64,000 nucleotides of DNA from Actinomycetota bacterium (GTDB taxonomy: Bacteria > Actinomycetota > Acidimicrobiia > IMCC26256 > PALSA-610). Under the pieces are notes generated by a model. That model made no database searches. It was not told where the DNA came from and saw only the letters and a list, made by a program, of their open reading frames with translations. Position 1 is the stretch's first letter, and the number at the start of each line of letters is the position of its first letter. Position numbers and translations under genes: made by a program. Below, piece by piece: positions 56,790 through 64,000 of the stretch. The stretch covers positions 99,226 to 163,225 of the forward strand of contig PLBO01000070.1 of assembly GCA_003134555.1 (NCBI GenBank). The letters run 5' to 3'.

Positions 56790-58289
56790 TCAGCCGCTGT
56801 CGCGCGACCAGTCGCGTGATCGCTCGACCGCGCGTCGCCAGACGGCGCCGCGGCCGGCGCGCTCGTCGTCGGACATCGTCGGTGAGAACGACGCGTCGGC
56901 ACTCCAACGCGCGTTCACCTCTTCGGGGGTGGCCCAGACGCTCTCTCCGAGCCCGGCGAGGAACGCGGCGCCCAGCGCCGTCGTCTCCTGGACGGCGGCG
57001 CGTCGTACGGTCACGCCGAGCACGTCGGCCTGGAACTGGCACAGCACGTCCATCACCGAGGCGCCGCCGTCGACGCGCATCTCGGCCGGGGCCGCGCCGC
57101 TCGTGCGGGTGATCGCCTCGACGACGTCGGCGGTTTGGAACGCCATCGCCTCGACGACGGCGCGGGCGAGATGAGCGCGGGTCGTGCCGCGCGTGATCCC
57201 GACGATCGTCCCCCGCGCGTACGGGTCCCACCACGGCGAGCCGAGTCCCGCGAAGGCGGGTACGACGTACACACCGGCCGAGTCCGGGACCGATGCGGCC
57301 AGCGGTCCGATCTCCGACGCTTCGCGTATGACACCCAGACCGTCGCGCAACCATTGGATCGCGGCGCCGGTGACGAAGATCGCGCCCTCCATCGCGTAGG
57401 TCACCGCGCCCGGCGCGAGAGACCACGCGATCGTCGTCAGCAAGCCGTCGACCGGCTCGGGCTGGGCGGCACCGATGTTCGTGAGCACGAACGATCCCGT
57501 GCCGTAGGTGTTCTTCGTCATTCCGGGCGCGACGCACGCCTGTCCGAAGAGCGCGGCCTGCTGATCGCCGGCGATGCCGCTGATCGGCACGCGCAGGCCC
57601 GCGGCGTCCGCGGGAACTGTGACGCCGAACCTCCCACTCGACGGCCGCACCTCCGGCAGGCACGCGCGGGGCACGTCGAACAGCTCGCAGAGCTCGTCCG
57701 ACCAGTCGCCGGCGCCGATGTCGTAGAGCATCGTCCGGCTCGCGTTCGACGGGTCGGTCGCGTGGACGCCCCCGTCGGTTCCGCCGGTCAGCTTCCAGAG
57801 CAGCCAGGCGTCGACGGTGCCGAACGCGAGGTCGTCGTCGACCGTCACGCCGCCCGTGTGCAACAACCACGAGAGCTTCGAGGCGGAGAAGTACGGATCG
57901 AGCACGAGGCCTGTGGCGCGGCGGATCATCGGCTCGTACCCGGCCGCGCGCAGCTCGTCGCAGCGTTCGGCGGTACGGCGGTCCTGCCACACGATCGCCC
58001 GCGCCTTCGGCTCGCCGGTGCGCCGATCCCAGACCACGACGGTCTCGCGTTGGTTCGTGATACCGATTGCCGCGATCGTCTCGCCGCGATCGATCATCTG
58101 CCGTACGACCTCACCGAGCGTCTCGGACGTCGCTCGCCAGATGTCGTCCGGGTCGTGCTCGACCCAGCCCGGTCGAGGGAAGTGCTGCGGAAATTCGCGA
58201 TACGAGTGCGCACGAGGCTCGCCGTCGTCGCCGACGGCGAAGGCGCGCACCCCGGTGGTTCCCGCGTCGATGGCGATGACGCAGCTCAC
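56790..58289 (-). CDS. glpK: Glycerol kinase
   Basis: 499 aa. Motifs IDAGTTGVRAF, GWVEHDP, GITNQRET, and the FGGY kinase C-terminal pattern. The GTG start overlaps the upstream TGA. Confidence 0.95.
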   Translation of the reverse strand: MSCVIAIDAGTTGVRAFAVGDDGEPRAHSYREFPQHFPRPGWVEHDPDDIWRATSETLGEVVRQMIDRGETIAAIGITNQRETVVVWDRRTGEPKARAIVWQDRRTAERCDELRAAGYEPMIRRATGLVLDPYFSASKLSWLLHTGGVTVDDDLAFGTVDAWLLWKLTGGTDGGVHATDPSNASRTMLYDIGAGDWSDELCELFDVPRACLPEVRPSSGRFGVTVPADAAGLRVPISGIAGDQQAALFGQACVAPGMTKNTYGTGSFVLTNIGAAQPEPVDGLLTTIAWSLAPGAVTYAMEGAIFVTGAAIQWLRDGLGVIREASEIGPLAASVPDSAGVYVVPAFAGLGSPWWDPYARGTIVGITRGTTRAHLARAVVEAMAFQTADVVEAITRTSGAAPAEMRVDGGASVMDVLCQFQADVLGVTVRRAAVQETTALGAAFLAGLGESVWATPEEVNARWSADASFSPTMSDDERAGRGAVWRRAVERSRDWSRDSG

Positions 58290-58771
58290 GTGTGTTCTCC
58301 CCGCGCGCGAGCGACGAGCTCATCGGCGAACGTCGACGCACGATCGCCCGTGCGCAACTCGATCCACAGCGGGTGGGCTTTGCGAGACGAGACCCGTAGT
58401 CGTCGTCCGCGCGGTGCGTCGTGGTTGGTTACGTGGACTCGACTGAGCGGCGACGTGTACACGCGCCGGCGCGGGCGGCGAGTGAAGAACCCGGTGGAGA
58501 ACAAGAAGAGCTCGATGTTGGTCAGCACCGCGAAGTCGGGCGTACGGGCGGCAAACAGGCGGTGCAGCCGGACCTCCCGCGACACCCAGCCGCGCGTCCA
58601 GGCGACGATCGGATCGTTCGTACCGACCAAGGCCTGCAGGCGGATCTCGACGCGTTGGTCGCGGTTCGGCGCTCCGACGAGGGTCGGGCCCGGGGTGGAC
58701 GTCGTATCCGGGAGGCGTTCCGGTGCCGGTGGAACTTTGGCTGTTGGTTGATCCGGTGTTGGTTGGTCCAT
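58286..58771 (-). CDS. Hypothetical protein (possible bacterial PH-like domain)
   Basis: Only the 3' 161 codons of track ORF 58286..60763 look genuine. ATG 58771 (MDQPTPDQPTAKVPP...). The rest of that ORF is antisense to pfkA/tesB. The gene is coupled to glpK. Confidence 0.5.
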   Translation of the reverse strand: MDQPTPDQPTAKVPPAPERLPDTTSTPGPTLVGAPNRDQRVEIRLQALVGTNDPIVAWTRGWVSREVRLHRLFAARTPDFAVLTNIELFLFSTGFFTRRPRRRVYTSPLSRVHVTNHDAPRGRRLRVSSRKAHPLWIELRTGDRASTFADELVARARGEHT

Positions 58772-58831
58772 CGGTGCGACGTCCGGGGTACGGACTCGCG
58801 GCAGGATAGAGCAAAGCACAAGGAGGCAGCG

Positions 58832-59860
58832 ATGCGAATCGGGATGCTGACCGGCGGCGGTGACTGCCCCGGGCTGAATGCGGTCATCCGAGCCGTAGTT
58901 CGCAAGGGCGTCGGCCAGCATGGTCACACGATCGTCGGTTATCGCCACGGCTGGCGCGGGGTGATCGAGGGCGAGTTCATGGAGTTGTCGCTCGACGCCG
59001 TGCGTGGGCTCCTTCCGCGCGGAGGCACGATCCTCGGGACGTCGCGCACCAACCCCTACAAGACCGACGACGGGCCGAGGCGCGTGCTCGCGACGTTGGC
59101 CCGCGATCGGGTCGACGCACTCATCGTCATCGGCGGCGAGGACACCCTCGGCGTGGCCTTGAAGCTCGACGGCGACGGCGTCCGGGTCGTCGGTGTACCG
59201 AAGACGATCGACAACGATCTGTCGGGAACCGACTTCACGTTCGGCTTCCACACCGCGGTACAGATCGCGACCGACGCGATCGACCGCCTCCACACCACTG
59301 CCGAGAGTCACGACCGTGTGATGGTCGTCGAGGTGATGGGCCGCCACGCGGGTTGGATCGCGACCTACTCGGGGATGGCCGGCGGCGCCGACATCATCTT
59401 GATTCCCGAAGAGCCGTTCGACATCGAGGAGATCTGCGATCGCCTCACCCATCGTCACCAGCGCGGCGCGAAGTTCTCGATCGTCGTCACCGCCGAGGGT
59501 GCGATGCCCAAGGAGGCGACGATGGAGGTGCAGACGAGCGAGATCGACGACTTCGGTCATGTCCGCCTCGGTGGGATCGGTCAGCGCCTCGCCGACGAGA
59601 TCGAGCGGCGCACCGGCTACGAAGCGCGCATGACGTCCCTCGGTCATGTTCTCCGCGGCGGCACCCCGAACGCCTACGACCGGGTGATCGCGACCCGCTT
59701 CGGGATCGAAGCGATCGACGCCGCTCACGCCGGCGACTTCGGCAAGATGGTCGCGCTGCGCGGAACCGATGTCGTGCGCATCCCGATCGAAGAGGGGGTG
59801 TCGCAGCTGAAGACGGTCGACGGCCGGCTCTTCGAGACCGCAGCGGTGTTCTTCGGGTGA
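58832..59860 (+). CDS. pfkA: 6-phosphofructokinase
   Basis: ATG 58832, 5 nt after AGGAGG. Motifs MLTGGGDCPGLN, GGEDT, PKTIDND, MGRHAGW. Confidence 0.95.
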   Translation: MRIGMLTGGGDCPGLNAVIRAVVRKGVGQHGHTIVGYRHGWRGVIEGEFMELSLDAVRGLLPRGGTILGTSRTNPYKTDDGPRRVLATLARDRVDALIVIGGEDTLGVALKLDGDGVRVVGVPKTIDNDLSGTDFTFGFHTAVQIATDAIDRLHTTAESHDRVMVVEVMGRHAGWIATYSGMAGGADIILIPEEPFDIEEICDRLTHRHQRGAKFSIVVTAEGAMPKEATMEVQTSEIDDFGHVRLGGIGQRLADEIERRTGYEARMTSLGHVLRGGTPNAYDRVIATRFGIEAIDAAHAGDFGKMVALRGTDVVRIPIEEGVSQLKTVDGRLFETAAVFFG

Positions 59861-59923
59861 GGCGCGCGCCTCGGTGCGAACCGGCTGGTGCGTTCCCTGC
59901 ACGCCGGTAGCATCGCCGCGGCT

Positions 59924-60808
59924 ATGGGGCGCGCGCTGGACGATCTCATCGACCTGCTCGAGCTGGAGCAGCTGGAAGTCAATCTGTTCCGCGGTGTGAG
60001 TCCGGACGAGGATCGCCAACGGGTCTTCGGAGGCCAGGTCGCGGGCCAGGCGCTCGTCGCGGCGGGTCGAACGGTCGACTCCGATCGCCGGGTGCACTCC
60101 TTGCACGCGTATTTCCTGCGCCCGGGCGATCCCCGCATCCCGATCGTCTACGACGTCGACCGCATCCGCGACGGGCACAGCTTCACGACCCGGCGGGTGG
60201 TCGCGATCCAGCACGGGCGCGCGATCTTCAACCTGTCCGCGTCGTTCCACATCGACGAACCGGGCCCCGAGCACCAATATCCGATGCCGGACGCGCCCGA
60301 CCCCGACACGCTCCCGACGATGCGCGAGCGTCTCGAGCCGTACGCCGACCGCTTCCCGCCTGCGTTCGTCGAGTGGATACGGCGCGACCGGCCGATCGAC
60401 ACGCGCTCGTCGCGACTGCCGCGTTGGCTCGACCCCGATCCGAGCCCGCGCGAGCCCGAGCAGCTCGTGTGGTTTCGCGCCGACGGGAAGCTGCCCGACG
60501 ATCCGCTGCTTCACGCGTGCGTCGTGGCCTACGCGTCCGATCTGACGCTGCTCGACACGGCGGTCATGTCCCACGCGCGCTCGTGGGACGACGACCGTTT
60601 CATGATCGCGAGCCTCGACCATGCGATGTGGTTCCATCGGCCGATGCGCGCCGACGAGTGGCTCCTCTATCACCAGACGAGCCCGTCGGCGCAGGGCGCG
60701 CGTGGTCTCGCCGAGGGTTTCATCTTCCGCCACGACGGCGCGCTCGCGGCGACGGTTATCCAAGAGGGGCTGATACGGCCGGTGAAGCCGGGTTGGCGGG
60801 AGTCGTGA
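59924..60808 (+). CDS. tesB: Acyl-CoA thioesterase II
   Basis: ATG 59924. [14 protein letters not shown]..., [12 protein letters not shown], and double hotdog organisation. Confidence 0.9.
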   Translation: MGRALDDLIDLLELEQLEVNLFRGVSPDEDRQRVFGGQVAGQALVAAGRTVDSDRRVHSLHAYFLRPGDPRIPIVYDVDRIRDGHSFTTRRVVAIQHGRAIFNLSASFHIDEPGPEHQYPMPDAPDPDTLPTMRERLEPYADRFPPAFVEWIRRDRPIDTRSSRLPRWLDPDPSPREPEQLVWFRADGKLPDDPLLHACVVAYASDLTLLDTAVMSHARSWDDDRFMIASLDHAMWFHRPMRADEWLLYHQTSPSAQGARGLAEGFIFRHDGALAATVIQEGLIRPVKPGWRES

Positions 60809-61818
60809 GCGTGATCGATCTCCGGTCCGACACGGTCAGCACACCGACCGCGGAGATGCGCCGCGCGATGGCCGACGCCGACGTGGGCGACGACGTCTAC
60901 GGCGAGGATCCCACGGTCAACCGGCTGCAGACGCTCGCGGCATCGCTGCTCGGAAAGGAGGCCGCCCTCTACGTCCCGTCGGGGACGATGGCGAACCAGC
61001 TGGCGATCCGGGTACTCGCGACATCCGGCACCGAAGTGCTGTGTCCCGACCGTGCGCACGTCTACCGCTACGAGGCGGCCGCCGCGCCGGGAAACAGTGG
61101 CGTGCAGATGCACCCGTTGTGGGATCTTCCCGACGGCGTGCGCAATGCGATCGAGGGCGTGGCTCACCACCTCCCACAACCGACCATGCTCGTGATCGAG
61201 AACACGTACATGGCGTTGTCGGGCGCGCCGATCGACGCTCCAGAGATGGCGACTCTGTGCGGGATCGCGCGGACGGGCGGGTTGCGCGTGCACGTCGACG
61301 GGGCGCGCATTTGGAACGCGGCGGTGGCGTTGGGCACCGCACCGCGCGACCTCGTCGCGGCGGCCGACACCGTCATGTTCTGCCTCTCGAAGGGGCTCGG
61401 TGCTCCGGTCGGATCGGTGCTGTGCGGACCGGCGGGTGTGATCGGCGAGGCGCGCGCGCAACGCGCGCGCTGGGGCGGTGGCATGAGGCAGGCCGGCGTG
61501 ATCGCGGCGGCCGGTGTCGTCGCGCTCGAGACGATGGTGGAGCGACTCGCCGACGACCATGTCCGGGCGCGCCGGCTCGCCGACGCGCTCGCGAGCCGTT
61601 GGCCGGGCAGCGTCGCTCCCGAGACGATTCGCACCAACATCGTGTGCGCCAATTCCAGCGCGCTCCCGATCGACTTCGTGCAGCGGCTCGCTCGGCTCGG
61701 CGTCCGCGCGGGCACGATCGACTCGCGCACGGTCCGCCTCGTCACTCACAAAGATGTCGACGACGACGCGATCACCGGCACGATACGCGCGTTCGACGAG
61801 CTCGGAAGCGACGACTGA
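60805..61818 (+). CDS. ltaE: Low-specificity L-threonine aldolase
   Basis: GTG 60805 overlaps the tesB TGA. Motifs IDLRSDT, GTMANQ, and [13 protein letters not shown] (PLP lysine). Confidence 0.85.
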   Translation: MSVIDLRSDTVSTPTAEMRRAMADADVGDDVYGEDPTVNRLQTLAASLLGKEAALYVPSGTMANQLAIRVLATSGTEVLCPDRAHVYRYEAAAAPGNSGVQMHPLWDLPDGVRNAIEGVAHHLPQPTMLVIENTYMALSGAPIDAPEMATLCGIARTGGLRVHVDGARIWNAAVALGTAPRDLVAAADTVMFCLSKGLGAPVGSVLCGPAGVIGEARAQRARWGGGMRQAGVIAAAGVVALETMVERLADDHVRARRLADALASRWPGSVAPETIRTNIVCANSSALPIDFVQRLARLGVRAGTIDSRTVRLVTHKDVDDDAITGTIRAFDELGSDD

Positions 61819-61820
61819 CC

Positions 61821-62534
61821 TTGCTGCACGACGAGCCTCCGGAACGGGTGCTCGCGATCTACGCGCATCCCGACGATCCCGAGATCTCCGCCGGAGGAAC
61901 GCTCGCGCGCTGGGCCGACGCGGGCGCCGAGGTCCATGTCGTCGTCACCACGCGCGGCGACAAGGGAACCAACGATCCGGAGGCCGACCTCGACGCACTC
62001 GCGCGGCTCCGGGTCGAAGAGACCGCGGCCGCGGCGCGGGTGCTGGGGATCGCGGAGCACCACCATCTCGATCATCCGGACGGCGAGATCGCCGACGACC
62101 GGGCGTTGCGACTCGAGTTGGTGCGGCTGATCCGCTCCGTGCGACCCGACGCCGTGTGCTGTCCCGACCCGACGGCCGTGTTCTTCGGCGCGGCGTACGT
62201 CAACCATCGCGACCACCGCGTGACCGGGTGGGCGACCCTCGATGCGGTTGCGCCCGCGGCCGGTAACCCGCACTACTTCCCGGAGCTGACCGCTGAAGGG
62301 CTCGCGACCCACCAGGTACGGGCCCTCTATCTCTCCGGCACGTTCGAGCCGAACGTGTGGGTCGACGTCGGCGCCACGCTCGAACGCAAGATCGAGGCGC
62401 TGTTCTGCCACGCGAGCCAACTCGTCGAGACCGGCGACTGGTTCCGCGACTTCCTGCGAGAGAGTGCGATCGACGCGGGCCGCGTGGCCGGCGTGCAATT
62501 CGCCGAAGCCTTCCGGCGGATCGCGCTGGCGTAG
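61821..62534 (+). CDS. PIG-L/LmbE family N-acetylglucosaminyl deacetylase
   Basis: TTG 61821. Motifs VLAIYAHPDDPEI and NHRDH. 237 aa. Confidence 0.8.
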   Translation: MLHDEPPERVLAIYAHPDDPEISAGGTLARWADAGAEVHVVVTTRGDKGTNDPEADLDALARLRVEETAAAARVLGIAEHHHLDHPDGEIADDRALRLELVRLIRSVRPDAVCCPDPTAVFFGAAYVNHRDHRVTGWATLDAVAPAAGNPHYFPELTAEGLATHQVRALYLSGTFEPNVWVDVGATLERKIEALFCHASQLVETGDWFRDFLRESAIDAGRVAGVQFAEAFRRIALA

Positions 62535-62545
62535 CCGGTACCGCG

Positions 62546-62878
62546 CTACACGCGTGGGCGCGGCGCGTGACTGCGCCATTCCGACTGGGCGCGCAGTACG
62601 AGCATTGCGATCGTCGCGGCGCCGATCGCGGCGACGATCGTCCCGGCGACTGCCGCGATCAGCTCCTTGAACGCGCACGAAGGTAGGTGCACGTGGTAGC
62701 CGCGGATCTGCTGTAACAACTGCTCCGCTCGCGTCGGCGTATCGGGACACGTCGTGGCGATCAGGCTGTAACCGATCAGACCGCCGAGCGAACCGGAGAG
62801 CACGATGGCGATGAACGTGGCCCCGAGTGCGCCGCGGCGGGGCAGGTTGGGGTGCTCCGGCGTGATCTCGGCAGGCAC
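62546..62878 (-). CDS. Hypothetical small membrane protein
   Basis: This is the 3' part of an over-extended track ORF. The GTG 62878 start is tentative. It has two hydrophobic helices (GALGATFIAIVLSGSLGGLIGYSLI; LIAAVAGTIVAAIGAATIAMLVL). Confidence 0.4.
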   Translation of the reverse strand: MPAEITPEHPNLPRRGALGATFIAIVLSGSLGGLIGYSLIATTCPDTPTRAEQLLQQIRGYHVHLPSCAFKELIAAVAGTIVAAIGAATIAMLVLRAQSEWRSHAPRPRV

Positions 62879-62941
62879 CGGGCGATCGTACCGGCGCGCC
62901 CGGCGCGCCCGGCGAACGAGGGAAGCGCGAGACTGTCGGCC

Positions 62942-63442
62942 GTGCGTGAGTGGACCGTCGCCGGAGGATTGCTCGAGACGCCCGCCGGCGTACTGCTCGT
63001 GCGCAATCAACGCCGGGGCGGCCTCGAGGACTGGACCACGCCCGGCGGTGTGATCGATGCCGACGACGCCGACCTGATCGCCGGTCTCACGCGTGAGGTC
63101 GAAGAGGAGACGGGCCTGCGCGTGCGCAAATGGAGTGGGCCGCTGTACGAGGTGCGGGCGCACGCCCCCGACATGGGCTGGCGGATGCGCTGTGAAGTGC
63201 ACCTTGCGGTGGCCTTCGAAGGCGACGTCTTCGTCGACGATCCCGACGGCATCGTGGTCGAGGCCACGTTCGTGCCCCCGACGGAGTGCGCGGCGCTGCT
63301 CGCGTCGTGCGTGCCGTGGGTCGGCGAGCCGCTGGCGGCCTGGCTGCGTGACCGCTGGGAACCCGGTAGCGGTGTCGACTTTCGCTACGACGTGTTCGGT
63401 ACCACGCGCGACGACATGCGCGTCGTGCGCGCCCGGTCGTGA
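62942..63442 (+). CDS. NUDIX hydrolase
   Basis: GTG 62942. Nudix box [25 protein letters not shown]. Confidence 0.75.
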   Translation: MREWTVAGGLLETPAGVLLVRNQRRGGLEDWTTPGGVIDADDADLIAGLTREVEEETGLRVRKWSGPLYEVRAHAPDMGWRMRCEVHLAVAFEGDVFVDDPDGIVVEATFVPPTECAALLASCVPWVGEPLAAWLRDRWEPGSGVDFRYDVFGTTRDDMRVVRARS

Positions 63443-64000
63443 CCGCGCGCCGGGACGCAACCATCCTGCACGTCGATCTCGACGCGTTCTTCGCCGCGGT
63501 CGAGCAGCTCGACGACCCCGGCCTGCGCGGGAGGCCTGTGATCGTCGGCGGTCTCGGCAAGCGCGGGGTGGTGAGCACGGCCAGTTATGAGGCGCGTGCG
63601 TTCGGCGTGAGTTCGGCGATGCCGATGGCACGCGCCCGGCAGGCGTGTCCGCAGGCGACGTTCCTCTCGCCGCGCATGGCGCGCTACGTCGAAAAGAGCC
63701 ACGAGGTCATGGCGATTCTCGGCTCGATCTCGCCCCTCGTCGAACAGCTGTCGATCGACGAGGCGTTCGTCGACGTGGCCGGCGCGCGCCGGATGCTCGG
63801 CGGCCCGGCCGAGATCGCGGCCACGATTCGCGGGCGCGTGCTCGACGAGGCGGGACTGTGCCTCTCCGCCGGCGTAGCGTCGACCAAGTTCCTGGCGAAG
63901 CTCGCAAGCGATCTCGCCAAGCCCGACGGCGTCCTCGTAGTCGAGCCGGGTACCGAGCAAGCGGTACTCGCGCCGCTGCCGGTCTCGCGGCTGTGGGGTG
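63439..64000 (+). CDS. dinB: DNA polymerase IV (Y-family), N-terminal part; runs off the right edge
   Basis: Absent from the ORF track (no stop in the window). GTG 63439 overlaps the NUDIX TGA. Hand translation: [38 protein letters not shown]...SIDEAFVDV...[11 protein letters not shown]. Confidence 0.9.
   Translation, partial: MTARRDATILHVDLDAFFAAVEQLDDPGLRGRPVIVGGLGKRGVVSTASYEARAFGVSSAMPMARARQACPQATFLSPRMARYVEKSHEVMAILGSISPLVEQLSIDEAFVDVAGARRMLGGPAEIAATIRGRVLDEAGLCLSAGVASTKFLAKLASDLAKPDGVLVVEPGTEQAVLAPLPVSRLWG

Overview
Very GC-rich (judged by eye, not computed), almost fully coding chromosomal segment with about 70 genes. Gene families look actinobacterial (Mycobacterium/Rhodococcus-like; an Acidimicrobiia-type genome is equally possible). 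I found no rRNA, tRNA, CRISPR array, transposase, integrase or phage gene. Many ORF-track entries are antisense shadow ORFs or 5' over-extensions typical of high-GC DNA, so I re-derived starts by hand from the sequence (ATG/GTG/TTG, Shine-Dalgarno (SD) sites, 1-4 nt stop/start overlaps).

The dominant theme is lipid/steroid-type catabolism:
- A KstR-like TetR regulator, plus three copies of a 14-bp box fitting the mycobacterial KstR operator consensus TnnAACnnGTTnnA. Each box sits in a divergent promoter region (27980, 33281, 47688).
- A tightly coupled nine-gene operon (33336-42600): acyl-CoA ligase, double-DUF35 protein, two Ltp-type thiolases, a SnoaL-like protein, a CYP125-like P450 and three luciferase-like monooxygenase (LLM)-class oxidoreductases.
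- A FadD19-like ligase, a KshA-like Rieske oxygenase, acyl-CoA dehydrogenases, crotonases, short-chain dehydrogenases/reductases (SDRs), a nitronate monooxygenase and a fused double CoA-transferase.
- A separate operon led by an ADP-forming acyl-CoA synthetase (15069-19742).

The right third is central carbon and housekeeping: phosphoketolase-acetate kinase, aminotransferase, plsC, glpK, pfkA, tesB, threonine aldolase, PIG-L deacetylase, NUDIX hydrolase and partial dinB.

Most unusual items:
- A partial surface protein made of at least 7 Cys-pair FN3 repeats at the left edge.
- A GT-C glycosyltransferase interrupted by a single in-frame TAG.
- A MerR regulator with a dyad-bearing divergent promoter, driving a 45-aa ORF behind a structured leader.
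- Two translationally coupled paralogous zinc-ribbon membrane proteins.
- A nested AT-richer palindrome upstream of the phosphoketolase gene.

Nothing resembles a known defence or mobile system. All family assignments come from motif recognition by eye and need database confirmation.
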